Positions 47,421 through 56,944 of a stretch of 64,000 nt of DNA are shown here, in pieces; positions within the stretch are counted from its first letter, which is position 1; each line of letters opens with the position of its first letter. This stretch comes from an uncultured delta proteobacterium (GTDB lineage Bacteria; Desulfobacterota; Desulfuromonadia; Desulfuromonadales; BM103): contig CAWKAV010000022.1 in assembly GCA_963847735.1 (NCBI GenBank), positions 242,988 through 306,987 on the forward strand, read 5' to 3'. Below the pieces are notes generated by a model. It was not told where the DNA came from and ran no database searches. It saw only the letters and a program-made list of their open reading frames with translations. The translations under genes and the position numbers were made by a program.

Positions 47421-48401
47421 TTAAACGGCATGACCGTTCAAGGAGCCTCCAACATGCTGCAGGATTCCGGAAAAATCATCTGGCAGAGGTGCCGTAAAAA
47501 CCATATTCTTACCGGTCACAGGATGACAAAATGAGAGTTCTCTAGAGTGTAGCAACTGACGGGGAATAACCAACCCATCGATCAATGTGGGGCCACCATA
47601 GGCGAGGTCTCCCAACAAAGGCAGGCAGGCTTCAGAGAAGTGGGCTCTGATCTGGTGAGAGCGGCCGGTTATCAACCGCACCTCGACCAGGCTGACTTGC
47701 GCCATAGTCTGCAGAGTACGATAACGGGTTTCCGCATGTTTCCCTCCCCGCGCGACGGAAACCATCAGGTTGGTTTTGTGGCGGCGCGCCAACTGAGAAG
47801 AGAAAAGCCCCTCTTCCGCCTGCGGATGGCCGGAAATCAGAGCCCAGTAGATCTTATCGACAGTACGGCATCGAAAGGCTTCTGTCATTTTTTTGTGCGC
47901 TCTTTGATGTGTCGAGAACACCATCACCCCCGACGTATCACGATCCAGGCGCTGCACCATGCCTATGCTCGGACGGAGATTGTTGCCTGCCGTTTCGCGC
48001 AACAGCTGCTGCAGCTCAGAATACACCGTCCCCTGATAGCGAGCCGGGGTCGGCTGGGTTGCCATTCCTGGGGGTTTGTCCAGAACGATCATATCCGGAT
48101 CGCGATACAAAATCCGCTTTTTGTCCAGGGTCAGCGTATCCGGAGACTGATCATCGATGAACACTTCGACACGATCACCGGCAAAAACCGGTTGACTGCA
48201 ACGACTCATCCTTCGCCCCGAAAGATGAACACCTCCAATATCTATCAGACGTTTGGCAAGGCTACGTGACATGCCCTCGCTGCTCTCAGCCAGATATTGA
48301 TCAAGACGCAAGCCGGCAAACTCATTTTTTACCGTAAATCGATGGACACCCGGACGGGAGTATTTCTCTGGATCAGACATGAAAAAATATTCAATCGTCA
48401 A
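47421..48401 (-). CDS. RluA-family pseudouridine synthase with S4 domain (RluD-like)
   Basis: S4-like ..LRLDQYL.., catalytic HRLDRDTSGVMVF, ..GRSHQIRAH... Confidence 0.85.
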   Translation of the reverse strand: MTIEYFFMSDPEKYSRPGVHRFTVKNEFAGLRLDQYLAESSEGMSRSLAKRLIDIGGVHLSGRRMSRCSQPVFAGDRVEVFIDDQSPDTLTLDKKRILYRDPDMIVLDKPPGMATQPTPARYQGTVYSELQQLLRETAGNNLRPSIGMVQRLDRDTSGVMVFSTHQRAHKKMTEAFRCRTVDKIYWALISGHPQAEEGLFSSQLARRHKTNLMVSVARGGKHAETRYRTLQTMAQVSLVEVRLITGRSHQIRAHFSEACLPLLGDLAYGGPTLIDGLVIPRQLLHSRELSFCHPVTGKNMVFTAPLPDDFSGILQHVGGSLNGHAV

Positions 48402-48463
48402 TCTGGGCGGTGGCCAGGAGGAATGAATTTGGCAAGAAGTTCAAAAATACACTGTGTCGTCAA

Positions 48464-48491
48464 TTGACAGGACAGTGTCTTATGCTAACAT
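48464..48491 (+). promoter_or_regulatory. sigma70-type promoter candidate for the 6S RNA
   Basis: TTGACA (48464-48469), 16-nt spacer, TAACAT (48486-48491). Confidence 0.5.
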
Positions 48492-48497
48492 GAGAAT

Positions 48498-48705
48498 TAA
48501 GTCCAACCAAGATCTTTGACAACCTCTGGAATGTGCGACTTTTTTCTGATTGTGTCGACCAACTGAACCACTTTTTGCCTGGAGTCGGGTTGTGGTGAGC
48601 AAGCCCACCCCTGAGTGGGACGCCTAAAGCACCCATCCTGGGTACCATTCGGATCAACAGGTCCACTCTAAAGGGTTACGTCGATGTTCCGGAGGTTGAA
48701 ATAAA
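48498..48705 (+). ncRNA. ssrS: 6S RNA (SsrS); ends approximate
   Basis: Long closing stem: 48520-48539 CAACCUCUGGAAUGUGCGAC pairs with 48680-48698 GUCGAUGUUCCGGAGGUUG. The G-U pairs form only on the plus strand. Internal GGUUGUGGUGAGCAAGCCCAC-CCCUGA-GUGGGACGCCUAAAGCAC and AAGGGUUAC resemble the E. coli 6S apical region and 3' bubble flank as I recall them. Confidence 0.75.
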
Positions 48706-48760
48706 TTCATGAAACAGGAGAGGCCCCGTTTTCTGAACGGGGCCTCTCCTGTTTCATGAA
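48706..48760. terminator. 25-bp perfect hairpin; terminator of ihfB (minus strand), possibly also the 3' boundary of the 6S transcript
   Basis: TTCATGAAACAGGAGAGGCCCCGTT-TTCTG-AACGGGGCCTCTCCTGTTTCATGAA. On the minus strand it is followed by a T-rich ATTTATTT. Confidence 0.7.
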
Positions 48761-48783
48761 TAACACCTGAAGCCCGAGTTATT

Positions 48784-49065
48784 TCAGGGCACGTTAACCC
48801 GCTCACGCAACTCTTTGCCAGTTTTGAAAAAGGGCGTTTTTTTGGCTGTGATCCGCACAATATCGCCACTTTTCGGATTCCTTGCTTCTCGAGCGTCGCG
48901 CTCGCGGACGGTAAAAGAACCGAACCCGCGTATCTCAACACGGTCACCCCCGATAAGAGCCTGACCTATGGTGTCAAAGATCGAATTAACAATCAGTTCG
49001 GCTTCCCGCTTGTTGAGTACTTCATTGTCAGATGTCAGCTGTTCAATCAGTTCACTTTTCGTCAT
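48784..49065 (-). CDS. ihfB: integration host factor beta subunit
   Basis: MTKSELIEQL..EIRGFGSFTVRERDAREARNPKSGD..V..K..PFFK.GKELRERV. AGGAGG ribosome-binding site upstream of the ATG at 49065. Confidence 0.9.
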   Translation of the reverse strand: MTKSELIEQLTSDNEVLNKREAELIVNSIFDTIGQALIGGDRVEIRGFGSFTVRERDAREARNPKSGDIVRITAKKTPFFKTGKELRERVNVP

Positions 49066-49075
49066 AACAGACCTC

Positions 49076-49966
49076 CTAATTAAATCCTGGCCAAAGATAT
49101 TGCAAACCAACTGTGCGTTGCTTCTGCAAAGCAAACTGAAGTCGGTTTAAACTTTCCTCAATAAACAAATCAATAAATCCAGGTTTTTTGCTCGGCGGAT
49201 AGACGACATTTGGTTCACCGTCAATACCCGCCAGTTCTGCAGCACGCAGAATGGCAACCTCGAGGTTTCCCATCCTGTCGACCAATCCCAATTGCATCGC
49301 CCTGTGACCGGAGAAAATACGACCGTCGGCAATGGAAGCGACGAGCGCTTCGTCCATCTGACGACCGGCAGCAACCGAAGCGACAAACTGACTATGCACA
49401 TCATCAATCAGGTTCTGCAGGATCTCCCGTTCTGCAGCAGTCATTTGCCGTGTCGGCGAACCGATGTCCTTAAACTCGCCACTTTTAACAACAACACTGC
49501 TCAAGCCAATCTTGTCCAGAAGTTCCTGAAAATTGGCAAATTCCATGATGACGCCGATACTACCGGTAATCGTTCCGGGATTGGCAATGATCTCTCGAGC
49601 CGCAGCCGCAATATAGTAACCACCTGATGCCGCAACAGACCCCATCGAAACCACAACAGGCTTTACTGCATCAAAAGCCTTGACCTCATCATGAATCTCC
49701 TGCGAAGGACCGACTCCCCCTCCGGGAGAATCGATCCGCAGCACAAGCGCCTTGACGTTGTCATTATCACGAAAATCATGCAGCTGCTCGATAATCTGCC
49801 TTGAGTCGACAATCGGGCCAAACACTTCAATGACACCAATTTTTTCGCCAAGAGCAAAGTTAGCCGGTCGCCCCATGAAGCTGGCCACAGCTACGGCCAA
49901 AACCAGGAAGAAGACAAATATACCCGACAACAGCAGTGAGGCTAGCAAGAACGGTCTTTTCTTCAA
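49076..49966 (-). CDS. sppA: signal peptide peptidase SppA, 36K type
   Basis: N-terminal TM helix, ..ALVLRIDSPGGGV.., ..VVSMGSVAASGGYYIA... Confidence 0.9.
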   Translation of the reverse strand: MKKRPFLLASLLLSGIFVFFLVLAVAVASFMGRPANFALGEKIGVIEVFGPIVDSRQIIEQLHDFRDNDNVKALVLRIDSPGGGVGPSQEIHDEVKAFDAVKPVVVSMGSVAASGGYYIAAAAREIIANPGTITGSIGVIMEFANFQELLDKIGLSSVVVKSGEFKDIGSPTRQMTAAEREILQNLIDDVHSQFVASVAAGRQMDEALVASIADGRIFSGHRAMQLGLVDRMGNLEVAILRAAELAGIDGEPNVVYPPSKKPGFIDLFIEESLNRLQFALQKQRTVGLQYLWPGFN

Positions 49967-49985
49967 TGGTTTCTCGATGAACTCT

Positions 49986-50024
49986 CAAAAAAAAGCGCGT
50001 TTCCATTCTGGTTGGAAACGCGCT
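49986..50024 (-). terminator. Rho-independent terminator downstream of rpsA
   Basis: The minus strand reads AGCGCGTTTCCA-ACCAGAA-TGGAAACGCGCT followed by T8. Confidence 0.8.
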
Positions 50025-50041
50025 GCAGGTTGTTTATAAAA

Positions 50042-51763
50042 TTATTCGGCAGACTCCTCGCCGCTGCGATTCATAGCCCCCTGTAAAAGAGCGCCCAAGT
50101 TCGAGGTGGCCTGCTTTTGAGCCCCGAGGAAATCCTGAACAACAGCTTTCTCCTTGTGATGAGTCAACTGCTTGACAGAAAGCGCAATCTTGCGATCCAC
50201 AACATCGACACTCAGGACTGCGGCCTCAAATTCATCGCCAACCTTGGCAAAGTCTTTGGGACTGTCCACTTTTTCCTGGCTGAGCTCGGACACATGAATC
50301 AAGCCTTCGATACCTTCCTCAATCTCGAGGAAAACACCAAAGTCGGTCACTGAGGTCGCCTTGCCACGCACGATGGAACCGGGCGCATACTTGACAGGAA
50401 TCGCTTCCCACGGGTCAGAAGTCAACTGTTTGAGACCAAGGGAAAAGCGTTCGTTTTCACGATCGATATTCAGAACGACAGATTTAACCGTATCACCCTT
50501 CTTGAACATTTCGGATGGATGCTTGATGCGCTTGGTCCAGGACAGGTCTGAGATGTGAACCAGACCGTCAATCCCCTCATCGACTCCTACGAAGACACCG
50601 AAATCGGTAAGATTCTTGACCTGACCCTCGATGATGGTGCCAACCGGAAATTTCTCGCCAATCACTTCCCATGGATTTGCTTCAATCTGTTTGAGACCAA
50701 GCGAGATGCGCCGGTTCGGGATATCCAGAGCCAGAACAACAGTCTCGACTTCATCGCCCACAGTAAGAAGTTTATTGGGATGCTTGATGCGCTTGGTCCA
50801 GCTCATTTCGGAGACGTGGATCAGGCCCTCGACACCATCTTCCAACTCGACAAATGCACCGTAGTCGGTCAGGCTGACAACCTTGCCCTGAACCTTGGCA
50901 CCAACCGGGTAACCCTGTTCGACTTCCAGCCAGGGATCAGGCGTGATCTGCTTCAGGCCGAGCGAAACGCGCTCGCGCTCACGGTCATATTTAAGAATCT
51001 TGACCATGATCTTTTCACCGACAGTCAGCACATCGGAAGGATGGTTAACCCGTCCCCAGGACATGTCCGTGATGTGCAGCAGACCATCGATGCCACCCAG
51101 ATCAATAAATGAACCGTAGTCAGTCAGATTCTTGACGATACCCTCAACCACTTGCCCTTCGGTAAGAGTTTCGAGGGTGTCGGAACGCATGTTCTCACGC
51201 TGCTCCTCGAGGAGAACGCGGCGGGAGAGCACGATATTGCCACGTCGTTTGTTCAGCTTGATAATCTTGAAATCAAAGCTCGCTCCAAGCAGTTTCTCAA
51301 GGTTACGGACCGGGCGAAGATCAACCTGGGAGCCGGGCAAAAAGGCATTGATGCCGATATCGACCGTCAGGCCGCCTTTGATGCGCCCGATGATCTTGCC
51401 TTCGACAACAGCACCCTCTTCGAGGGATCCCCAGATCTTCTGGCGATCAGCTTTTTCTTTGGAAAGCCCGATCAGGCCACTCTCGTTCTCGCGCCGTTCA
51501 AAGAGGACATCCACAACATCACCAACCTTGACATTGATGTTGCCTTCTTCATCTTTGAATTCTGCGAGAGGAATGACTCCTTCTGATTTGTAGCCAACAT
51601 CGACAACCACGGTGTCATCATTGACCTGAACAATTGTCCCCCGGACAACATCGCCGGGAACGTGCAGTTCCTGCATGCTACTCTCGAACAAGGATGCAAA
51701 ATCCTGTTCGTCCATTTCCATCTCTTCTGTTTCGTCGTTGATTTTGTCGTTACTTTCAACCAT
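50042..51763 (-). CDS. rpsA: 30S ribosomal protein S1
   Basis: Six S1 repeats (..G.V..V..FGAFV.L..G.EGL.H.SE..). Confidence 0.95.
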   Translation of the reverse strand: MVESNDKINDETEEMEMDEQDFASLFESSMQELHVPGDVVRGTIVQVNDDTVVVDVGYKSEGVIPLAEFKDEEGNINVKVGDVVDVLFERRENESGLIGLSKEKADRQKIWGSLEEGAVVEGKIIGRIKGGLTVDIGINAFLPGSQVDLRPVRNLEKLLGASFDFKIIKLNKRRGNIVLSRRVLLEEQRENMRSDTLETLTEGQVVEGIVKNLTDYGSFIDLGGIDGLLHITDMSWGRVNHPSDVLTVGEKIMVKILKYDRERERVSLGLKQITPDPWLEVEQGYPVGAKVQGKVVSLTDYGAFVELEDGVEGLIHVSEMSWTKRIKHPNKLLTVGDEVETVVLALDIPNRRISLGLKQIEANPWEVIGEKFPVGTIIEGQVKNLTDFGVFVGVDEGIDGLVHISDLSWTKRIKHPSEMFKKGDTVKSVVLNIDRENERFSLGLKQLTSDPWEAIPVKYAPGSIVRGKATSVTDFGVFLEIEEGIEGLIHVSELSQEKVDSPKDFAKVGDEFEAAVLSVDVVDRKIALSVKQLTHHKEKAVVQDFLGAQKQATSNLGALLQGAMNRSGEESAE

Positions 51764-51863
51764 TCACTCTTTACCCCCTAACAATTTCCGCCGTAAAAAC
51801 GGTGGTATGGCTCTTAGGCCATGGTCGGCGAAGATATCATAAGCTCTTCTGAAACTCAAACTT

Positions 51864-52706
51864 TTATTTTCCCAACTCGGAGATCTTCGCAACGACTTCG
51901 TCAATCAGCCAGCGAGGCGTCGATGCACCCGCGGTGACACCAACTTTCGTCACGCCTGAAAACCAGTCCGGCAGGATCTCTTCCGTCGTTTCAATGTGCC
52001 AGGTCTGTGGCTGAATCTCACGGCAAATCCTTGCCAGACGTGAAGTGTTTGCACTGGCCTGGCCACCGATGACAAACATCAGATCGACAGATCTGGCAAT
52101 TTCCCGAGCCTCGTTCTGACGTACTGACGTTGCGTCACAGATCGTGTTAAAAACCCGCAACTCCTGACTTTTGGCAAGGCAGACATCCATGATGTCTTTG
52201 AGATTTTCATAAAGCTGGGTGGTTTGCGCTACAATGCCGACCTTCTTCATGCGCGGCAGAATGGCCGCCTGCTGTGCGTCGGCAACCACATGCACCACAG
52301 CTTCGCCGGAATACGAGACAATCCCCTGAACTTCGGGATGCTCAACCTCACCGACAATAACAACCGTGTAGCCTTCCTCGCTTAACCTGGCCGCATACTC
52401 CTGGGCTTTTTTGACAAACGGGCAGGTTGCATCGACAATTGTCAGGTTTTTCTCCTGAATTTTGTTCATTTCTTCGGAGGTGACACCGTGAGAACGGATA
52501 ATGACGGAACCCGGCGGGATATCTTCTACTTTGGAGACCACCTTGACACCCTGCTCTGCCAACCCCTTGACAACCTGCGGCGAGTGAATCACCGGCCCGA
52601 GCGAACAGATATGTTCATATTCGGCAGCGGCCTCAAAAGCCATCTGGGTGGCACGCCTGACGCCGAAACAAAAGCCGGCACTTTTGGCAAGCACAATTTC
52701 CATCAT
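51864..52706 (-). CDS. ispH: 4-hydroxy-3-methylbut-2-enyl diphosphate reductase
   Basis: MMEIVLAKSAGFCFGVRRA.., ..IVDATCPFV.., ..NTICDAT.., ..SANTSRL.. Start set at the ATG at 52706. Confidence 0.9.
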   Translation of the reverse strand: MMEIVLAKSAGFCFGVRRATQMAFEAAAEYEHICSLGPVIHSPQVVKGLAEQGVKVVSKVEDIPPGSVIIRSHGVTSEEMNKIQEKNLTIVDATCPFVKKAQEYAARLSEEGYTVVIVGEVEHPEVQGIVSYSGEAVVHVVADAQQAAILPRMKKVGIVAQTTQLYENLKDIMDVCLAKSQELRVFNTICDATSVRQNEAREIARSVDLMFVIGGQASANTSRLARICREIQPQTWHIETTEEILPDWFSGVTKVGVTAGASTPRWLIDEVVAKISELGK

Positions 52707-52707
52707 T

Positions 52708-53403
52708 TCAACCCGGCAGGTTCTGCTCACCGGAATTGCGGCACGCGGCGACTTCGGCGAACATGCGTCCGAGGACCTGTGAAATATCCAGACCCGTGGT
52801 ATCAATAACCACGGCGTCCTCGGCTTTTTTCAAGGGTGAAACCATCCGGTTGACGTCTGCTACATCACGCGCTTCCACATCAGCAATTGTCCGGGCCAGA
52901 TCAATGTCAACGCCCTGCGCCTGAAGTTCCAGGAAGCGTCTTTGGCCACGCACTTCCGCCGTCGCCTTGAGAAAAAATTTGACATCGGCATGAGGGAAAA
53001 CAACCGTGCCGATATCCCGGCCCTCCAGAACGACGCCACCATCGACTCCGAGTGCGCGCTGTCTGGCAACCATCGCCTGTCGAACCTCAGGACAGGCCGC
53101 AATCGCTGCTGTCAGCAGGCTGATTTCCGGCCTGCGAATTTCTGACGAGACATTTTCACCGTTCAACAGAACGAGTTCTTCGCCATTGTCGCGCACAAAC
53201 TCAATAGCAATCTCATCACAAAGCTGACGCAAAGCGTCGTGGTCACGGGCATCAATCCCCCGGCGGGCAGCGGCCAGGGCCACGCAACGATACATCGCTC
53301 CCGTATCCAGATTGAGATAACCCAGTTCATGAGACAGGATTTTGCTCAGAGTGCTTTTACCAACCCCGGAAGGGCCATCTATGGCAATGATCAGGTTTTT
53401 CAT
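52708..53403 (-). CDS. cmk: cytidylate kinase
   Basis: MKNLIIAIDGPSGVGKSTL..LDTGAMYR.. ATGA overlap with the aroA stop. Confidence 0.9.
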   Translation of the reverse strand: MKNLIIAIDGPSGVGKSTLSKILSHELGYLNLDTGAMYRCVALAAARRGIDARDHDALRQLCDEIAIEFVRDNGEELVLLNGENVSSEIRRPEISLLTAAIAACPEVRQAMVARQRALGVDGGVVLEGRDIGTVVFPHADVKFFLKATAEVRGQRRFLELQAQGVDIDLARTIADVEARDVADVNRMVSPLKKAEDAVVIDTTGLDISQVLGRMFAEVAACRNSGEQNLPG

Positions 53404-54710
53404 AAGGAGTGACTTATTTCCCCGAGAAGTTCCCAGAAGCCAGGGAACGAAGTCTCCGTGCATGCGGCATCTTCAATCTTGACATCAGCCCGCGCAGAAA
53501 GTGCTGCGATCGCCATGCTCATGGCAATACGATGATCACCATGTGAAGAAACCATGCCGCCGTTGAGCTGCTCAACACCGTTAATTAACATGCCATCAGG
53601 ACGAGCTTCGACCCGTCCGCCGAGTTTACCCAGTTCGCTTACCATGGCAGCAATGCGGTCCGTTTCCTTGACACGCAATTCCTCAGCATCACGAATGGTC
53701 GTGGTTCCTTCCGCCAGAGCAGCGGCAACGCTGATCACAGGGAATTCATCAATCGCGCGCGGCACCATATCTCCACCGATTTCAATGCCCTTGAGGCGGC
53801 TGTGTCTGACCAGGACGTCTGCGACCGGTTCGCCTGATTGCTCTCTGATATCAAGGAGTTCGAGCTGCCCCCCCATAGCCGTCAGGATATCAATGACCCC
53901 ACTGCGGGTCGGATTGATACCGACGTTACGAATCATCAGTTCCGCTCCGGGAGTAATCAGGCCGGCAACCATGAAAAATGCCGCCGAAGAGATATCTCCC
54001 GGAACAATCACATCCCGGGCCACCAGCCGCGGCCGGCCGGTCAGGCTGACTCCGCCCGTAAAAGGACGCACATCGGCACCGAAATGGGCCAGCATGCGCT
54101 CACTGTGATCGCGCGACAGATGCGGTTCGGTAACCTGCGTCTGCCCTTCAATAGAAAGACCGGCCAACAGCACAGCCGACTTGACCTGGGCACTCGACAC
54201 CGGCGAAGCATAACTGATCGGCTTGAGACGCCCCCCCTGGATCGCCAGGGGAGCCCGCTCGCCGCCATTTCGCCCCCAGATACGGGCTCCCATGGCGACC
54301 AGCGGTGTCACCACTCTCTTCATCGGTCTGCGCCGCAGGTACTTGTCGCCGGTCAGCACGGAGAAGAAATTCTGGCCAGCGAGCAATCCCGACATCAAGC
54401 GCATGGTTGTGCCGGAATTGCCGCAATCAAGGACATCGCCGGGTTCGGCAAGGCCGTCCAGACCGACGCCCTCTATCTCGAGAGCATTCGGACCTGTCTG
54501 ACGGATGGAAACCCCCATGGCTTCGAAGGCTTTCCAGGTTGAAAAGTTATCTTCGCCCATCAGGAAGCCCCGCACCCTGGTCGTGCCTTCAGCCAGAGAA
54601 CCAAGCATGATCGATCGGTGAGAAATGGATTTATCGCCGGGGACAGAGACTTCACCACGCAGGGAGTTTGTCGGTGTTACAGTTCTACTTTGAAAGGTAT
54701 TATCACTCAT
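53400..54710 (-). CDS. aroA: 3-phosphoshikimate 1-carboxyvinyltransferase (EPSP synthase)
   Basis: ..VPGDKSISHRSIMLGSLAEG.., ..LDCGNSGTTMRL.., ..GDHRIAMS... Confidence 0.95.
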   Translation of the reverse strand: MSDNTFQSRTVTPTNSLRGEVSVPGDKSISHRSIMLGSLAEGTTRVRGFLMGEDNFSTWKAFEAMGVSIRQTGPNALEIEGVGLDGLAEPGDVLDCGNSGTTMRLMSGLLAGQNFFSVLTGDKYLRRRPMKRVVTPLVAMGARIWGRNGGERAPLAIQGGRLKPISYASPVSSAQVKSAVLLAGLSIEGQTQVTEPHLSRDHSERMLAHFGADVRPFTGGVSLTGRPRLVARDVIVPGDISSAAFFMVAGLITPGAELMIRNVGINPTRSGVIDILTAMGGQLELLDIREQSGEPVADVLVRHSRLKGIEIGGDMVPRAIDEFPVISVAAALAEGTTTIRDAEELRVKETDRIAAMVSELGKLGGRVEARPDGMLINGVEQLNGGMVSSHGDHRIAMSMAIAALSARADVKIEDAACTETSFPGFWELLGEISHSL

Positions 54711-54782
54711 TAGGCTTGTGTCTTATTGTTTGAGGTTCTCATGTTTTTCCACGCTTCGCGTACCTCGTACCGCTTGCCATTT

Positions 54783-55649
54783 TTAAAGAATTTCATCGCG
54801 GCTCTGTTTTGAGCGGCGGAAAAATTCAAAGAGGCGTTCTTCGGAGCCACTGGCAATATCTTCCTTGAGCTCTGCAAAGAAGGTTTCGAACTGTTGCATC
54901 ATTTCAATCAACGCCTCCCGATTGGTCAGAGCGATATCCCGCCACATGGTCGGATCGGAAGAAGCGATACGGGTAAAATCGCGGAAGCCTCCCGCAGAAT
55001 ATTCGAGGATATTCTCATCATAACGGTCGTAGGCTCCAACGGCATTCACCAGTGCATAGGCAACCATGTGCGGCAGATGGCTGATCGCCGCAAGAACCCG
55101 GTCATGTTTGTCGACAGCCATCATAACAACCTGGCTGCCAACCAGCTGCCACATGCGCCGGACAAACTCCAGGGCGCTCTCGGCGGTTCTTTCCGTGGGG
55201 GTCAGGATACAGCGGCGATCTTGATAGAGCGTGGCAAAAGCAGCTTCCGCACCACTGTTCTCGGTGCCGGCAATCGGGTGTCCGGGAACGAAATGGACAT
55301 CATCGCGCAGATGTGGCTGAATAGCGTCGATAACCGCCTGCTTGACGCTGCCACCATCGGTTATGATCGCGCCTGCTTTGAGATACGGCATGGCCTGTTC
55401 GGCCACAGCGCCAAGGGACTGCACCGGTGTCGCCAAAAAAATCAGGTCGGCGTCGGTAACGCCTTCAGCCAGATCCCGGGTAAAACTGTCTACCACACCA
55501 AGTCGTAAAGCGGTTTCAAGGTTTGGCAGCCCCCGGCCGATACCGACCACATGGCCGACAGCTCCGGCCTCTTTCAGCGCCAGGGCCAGTGACCCGCCAA
55601 TTAAGCCAACCCCGACAACCGCTAATTTATCAATATAAAAGGTATTCAT
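54783..55649 (-). CDS. tyrA: prephenate dehydrogenase
   Basis: ..LAVVGVGLIGGSLALAL.., ..GHPIAGTE.SG... Confidence 0.85.
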   Translation of the reverse strand: MNTFYIDKLAVVGVGLIGGSLALALKEAGAVGHVVGIGRGLPNLETALRLGVVDSFTRDLAEGVTDADLIFLATPVQSLGAVAEQAMPYLKAGAIITDGGSVKQAVIDAIQPHLRDDVHFVPGHPIAGTENSGAEAAFATLYQDRRCILTPTERTAESALEFVRRMWQLVGSQVVMMAVDKHDRVLAAISHLPHMVAYALVNAVGAYDRYDENILEYSAGGFRDFTRIASSDPTMWRDIALTNREALIEMMQQFETFFAELKEDIASGSEERLFEFFRRSKQSRDEIL

Positions 55650-55694
55650 CGCAAGCCATTATTCTTATGAATTTTTCGCGCCACAGACGTCTCA

Positions 55695-56768
55695 CTACCT
55701 GGCCTTCGGATACGAGCCAAGAATCTTGAGGAACTGGCAGAGGGATTGCAGTTCCTCCACGGCGTCGGCAATAGTCTGATCCTTGATATGTCCGACCATG
55801 TCGAGGAAGAAGATATATTCCCACGCCTTGCCTTTGGTCGGGCGACTCTCTATCTTCGCCAGGTTGATGTCACGTTTACTGAATGGTTCCAGCATATGAT
55901 AGAGAATGCCCGCCTGGTCCTTGACGCTGAACATGATTGAAGTCTTGTCGTTGCCGCTCGGGCCTTGCATCTCGCTGCCGATCACCAAAAAACGCGTGAA
56001 GTTATTCGGGTTATCCTCGATTTTATGTTTAACCACCCGCAATCCGTAGAGTGAGGCGGCCGTTTCACTGGCAATCGCGGCGACGCTGGCATCTTCTGCA
56101 GCCTGTTGGGCGGCGGAAGCCGTACTCGAGGCGTCAACCAGCGGTATATCGGCAAGGTTTTCCTCCAGCCATGATCGACATTGGCCAATGGCCTGGGGGT
56201 GGGAAGTCACCTTGCGGACATCGCTGATCTCTCCGGAAAGATTGAGCAGGTCATGAGAAACCGGCAACAGGATTTCGGCGATAATCTTGAGCTCGGAGGA
56301 CATGAACATATCGAGGGTATGGGACACTGCACCCTCGTTGGAATTCTCCACCGGCACCACGCCGTAGCTGGCCCGTCCACGGCTGACCTCGTCGAAAATG
56401 GAGGGGATGCTTTTCAGTGGAACCAGTTGTGCGGACAGTCCGAACTGCTGCATGGCGGCAACATGGGTGTAGGTCGCCTGGGGACCGAGGAAGGCCACCT
56501 TAAGGGGCTGTTCCAGCGACAGGGAGGCCGAAATGATTTCCCGGAAAACCCGGCGAATCCCTTCATCGGAAAAAGGCCCCGGGTTTCTCGCCATCAGCCG
56601 TTCATAAATCGCCTTTTCCCGACTTGGCACATAGTATTCGCCACGACTTTGCTGCTTGGCCGTGCCGACCTCGATTACCACTTCGGCACGACGGTTGAGC
56701 AAGTCGAGGATCTGGTCATCGAGAGCATCGATCTGCCGTCTCAATTCCTGCAGTTTGTTAATGTCCAC
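55695..56768 (-). CDS. pheA: bifunctional chorismate mutase / prephenate dehydratase (P-protein)
   Basis: N-terminal CM_2 ..LRRQIDALDDQILDLLNRRA.., PDT domain ..VAFLGPQATYTH.., ACT domain ..TSIMFSVKDQAGILY..ESRP. Confidence 0.9.
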   Translation of the reverse strand: MDINKLQELRRQIDALDDQILDLLNRRAEVVIEVGTAKQQSRGEYYVPSREKAIYERLMARNPGPFSDEGIRRVFREIISASLSLEQPLKVAFLGPQATYTHVAAMQQFGLSAQLVPLKSIPSIFDEVSRGRASYGVVPVENSNEGAVSHTLDMFMSSELKIIAEILLPVSHDLLNLSGEISDVRKVTSHPQAIGQCRSWLEENLADIPLVDASSTASAAQQAAEDASVAAIASETAASLYGLRVVKHKIEDNPNNFTRFLVIGSEMQGPSGNDKTSIMFSVKDQAGILYHMLEPFSKRDINLAKIESRPTKGKAWEYIFFLDMVGHIKDQTIADAVEELQSLCQFLKILGSYPKAR

Positions 56769-56854
56769 GGGTCTACCCTTTCCAGCGTTTCAGGAGTTTG
56801 TGAATTTATCCCATGAACCGTTAAAAAGCAAGCGGACGAACCCTGTAACAACGC

Positions 56855-56883
56855 TTGACGCACAACGGCCGGACAGCTAAACT
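56855..56883 (+). promoter_or_regulatory. sigma70-type promoter candidate for the aminotransferase gene
   Basis: TTGACG (56855-56860), 17-nt spacer, TAAACT (56878-56883); about 60 nt upstream of the ATG. Confidence 0.4.
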
Positions 56884-56944
56884 CGCAGATCGGTTTTCCT
56901 GACCAACTGATGATATTCATCATATATTTTGTGAGGAGTTCACC

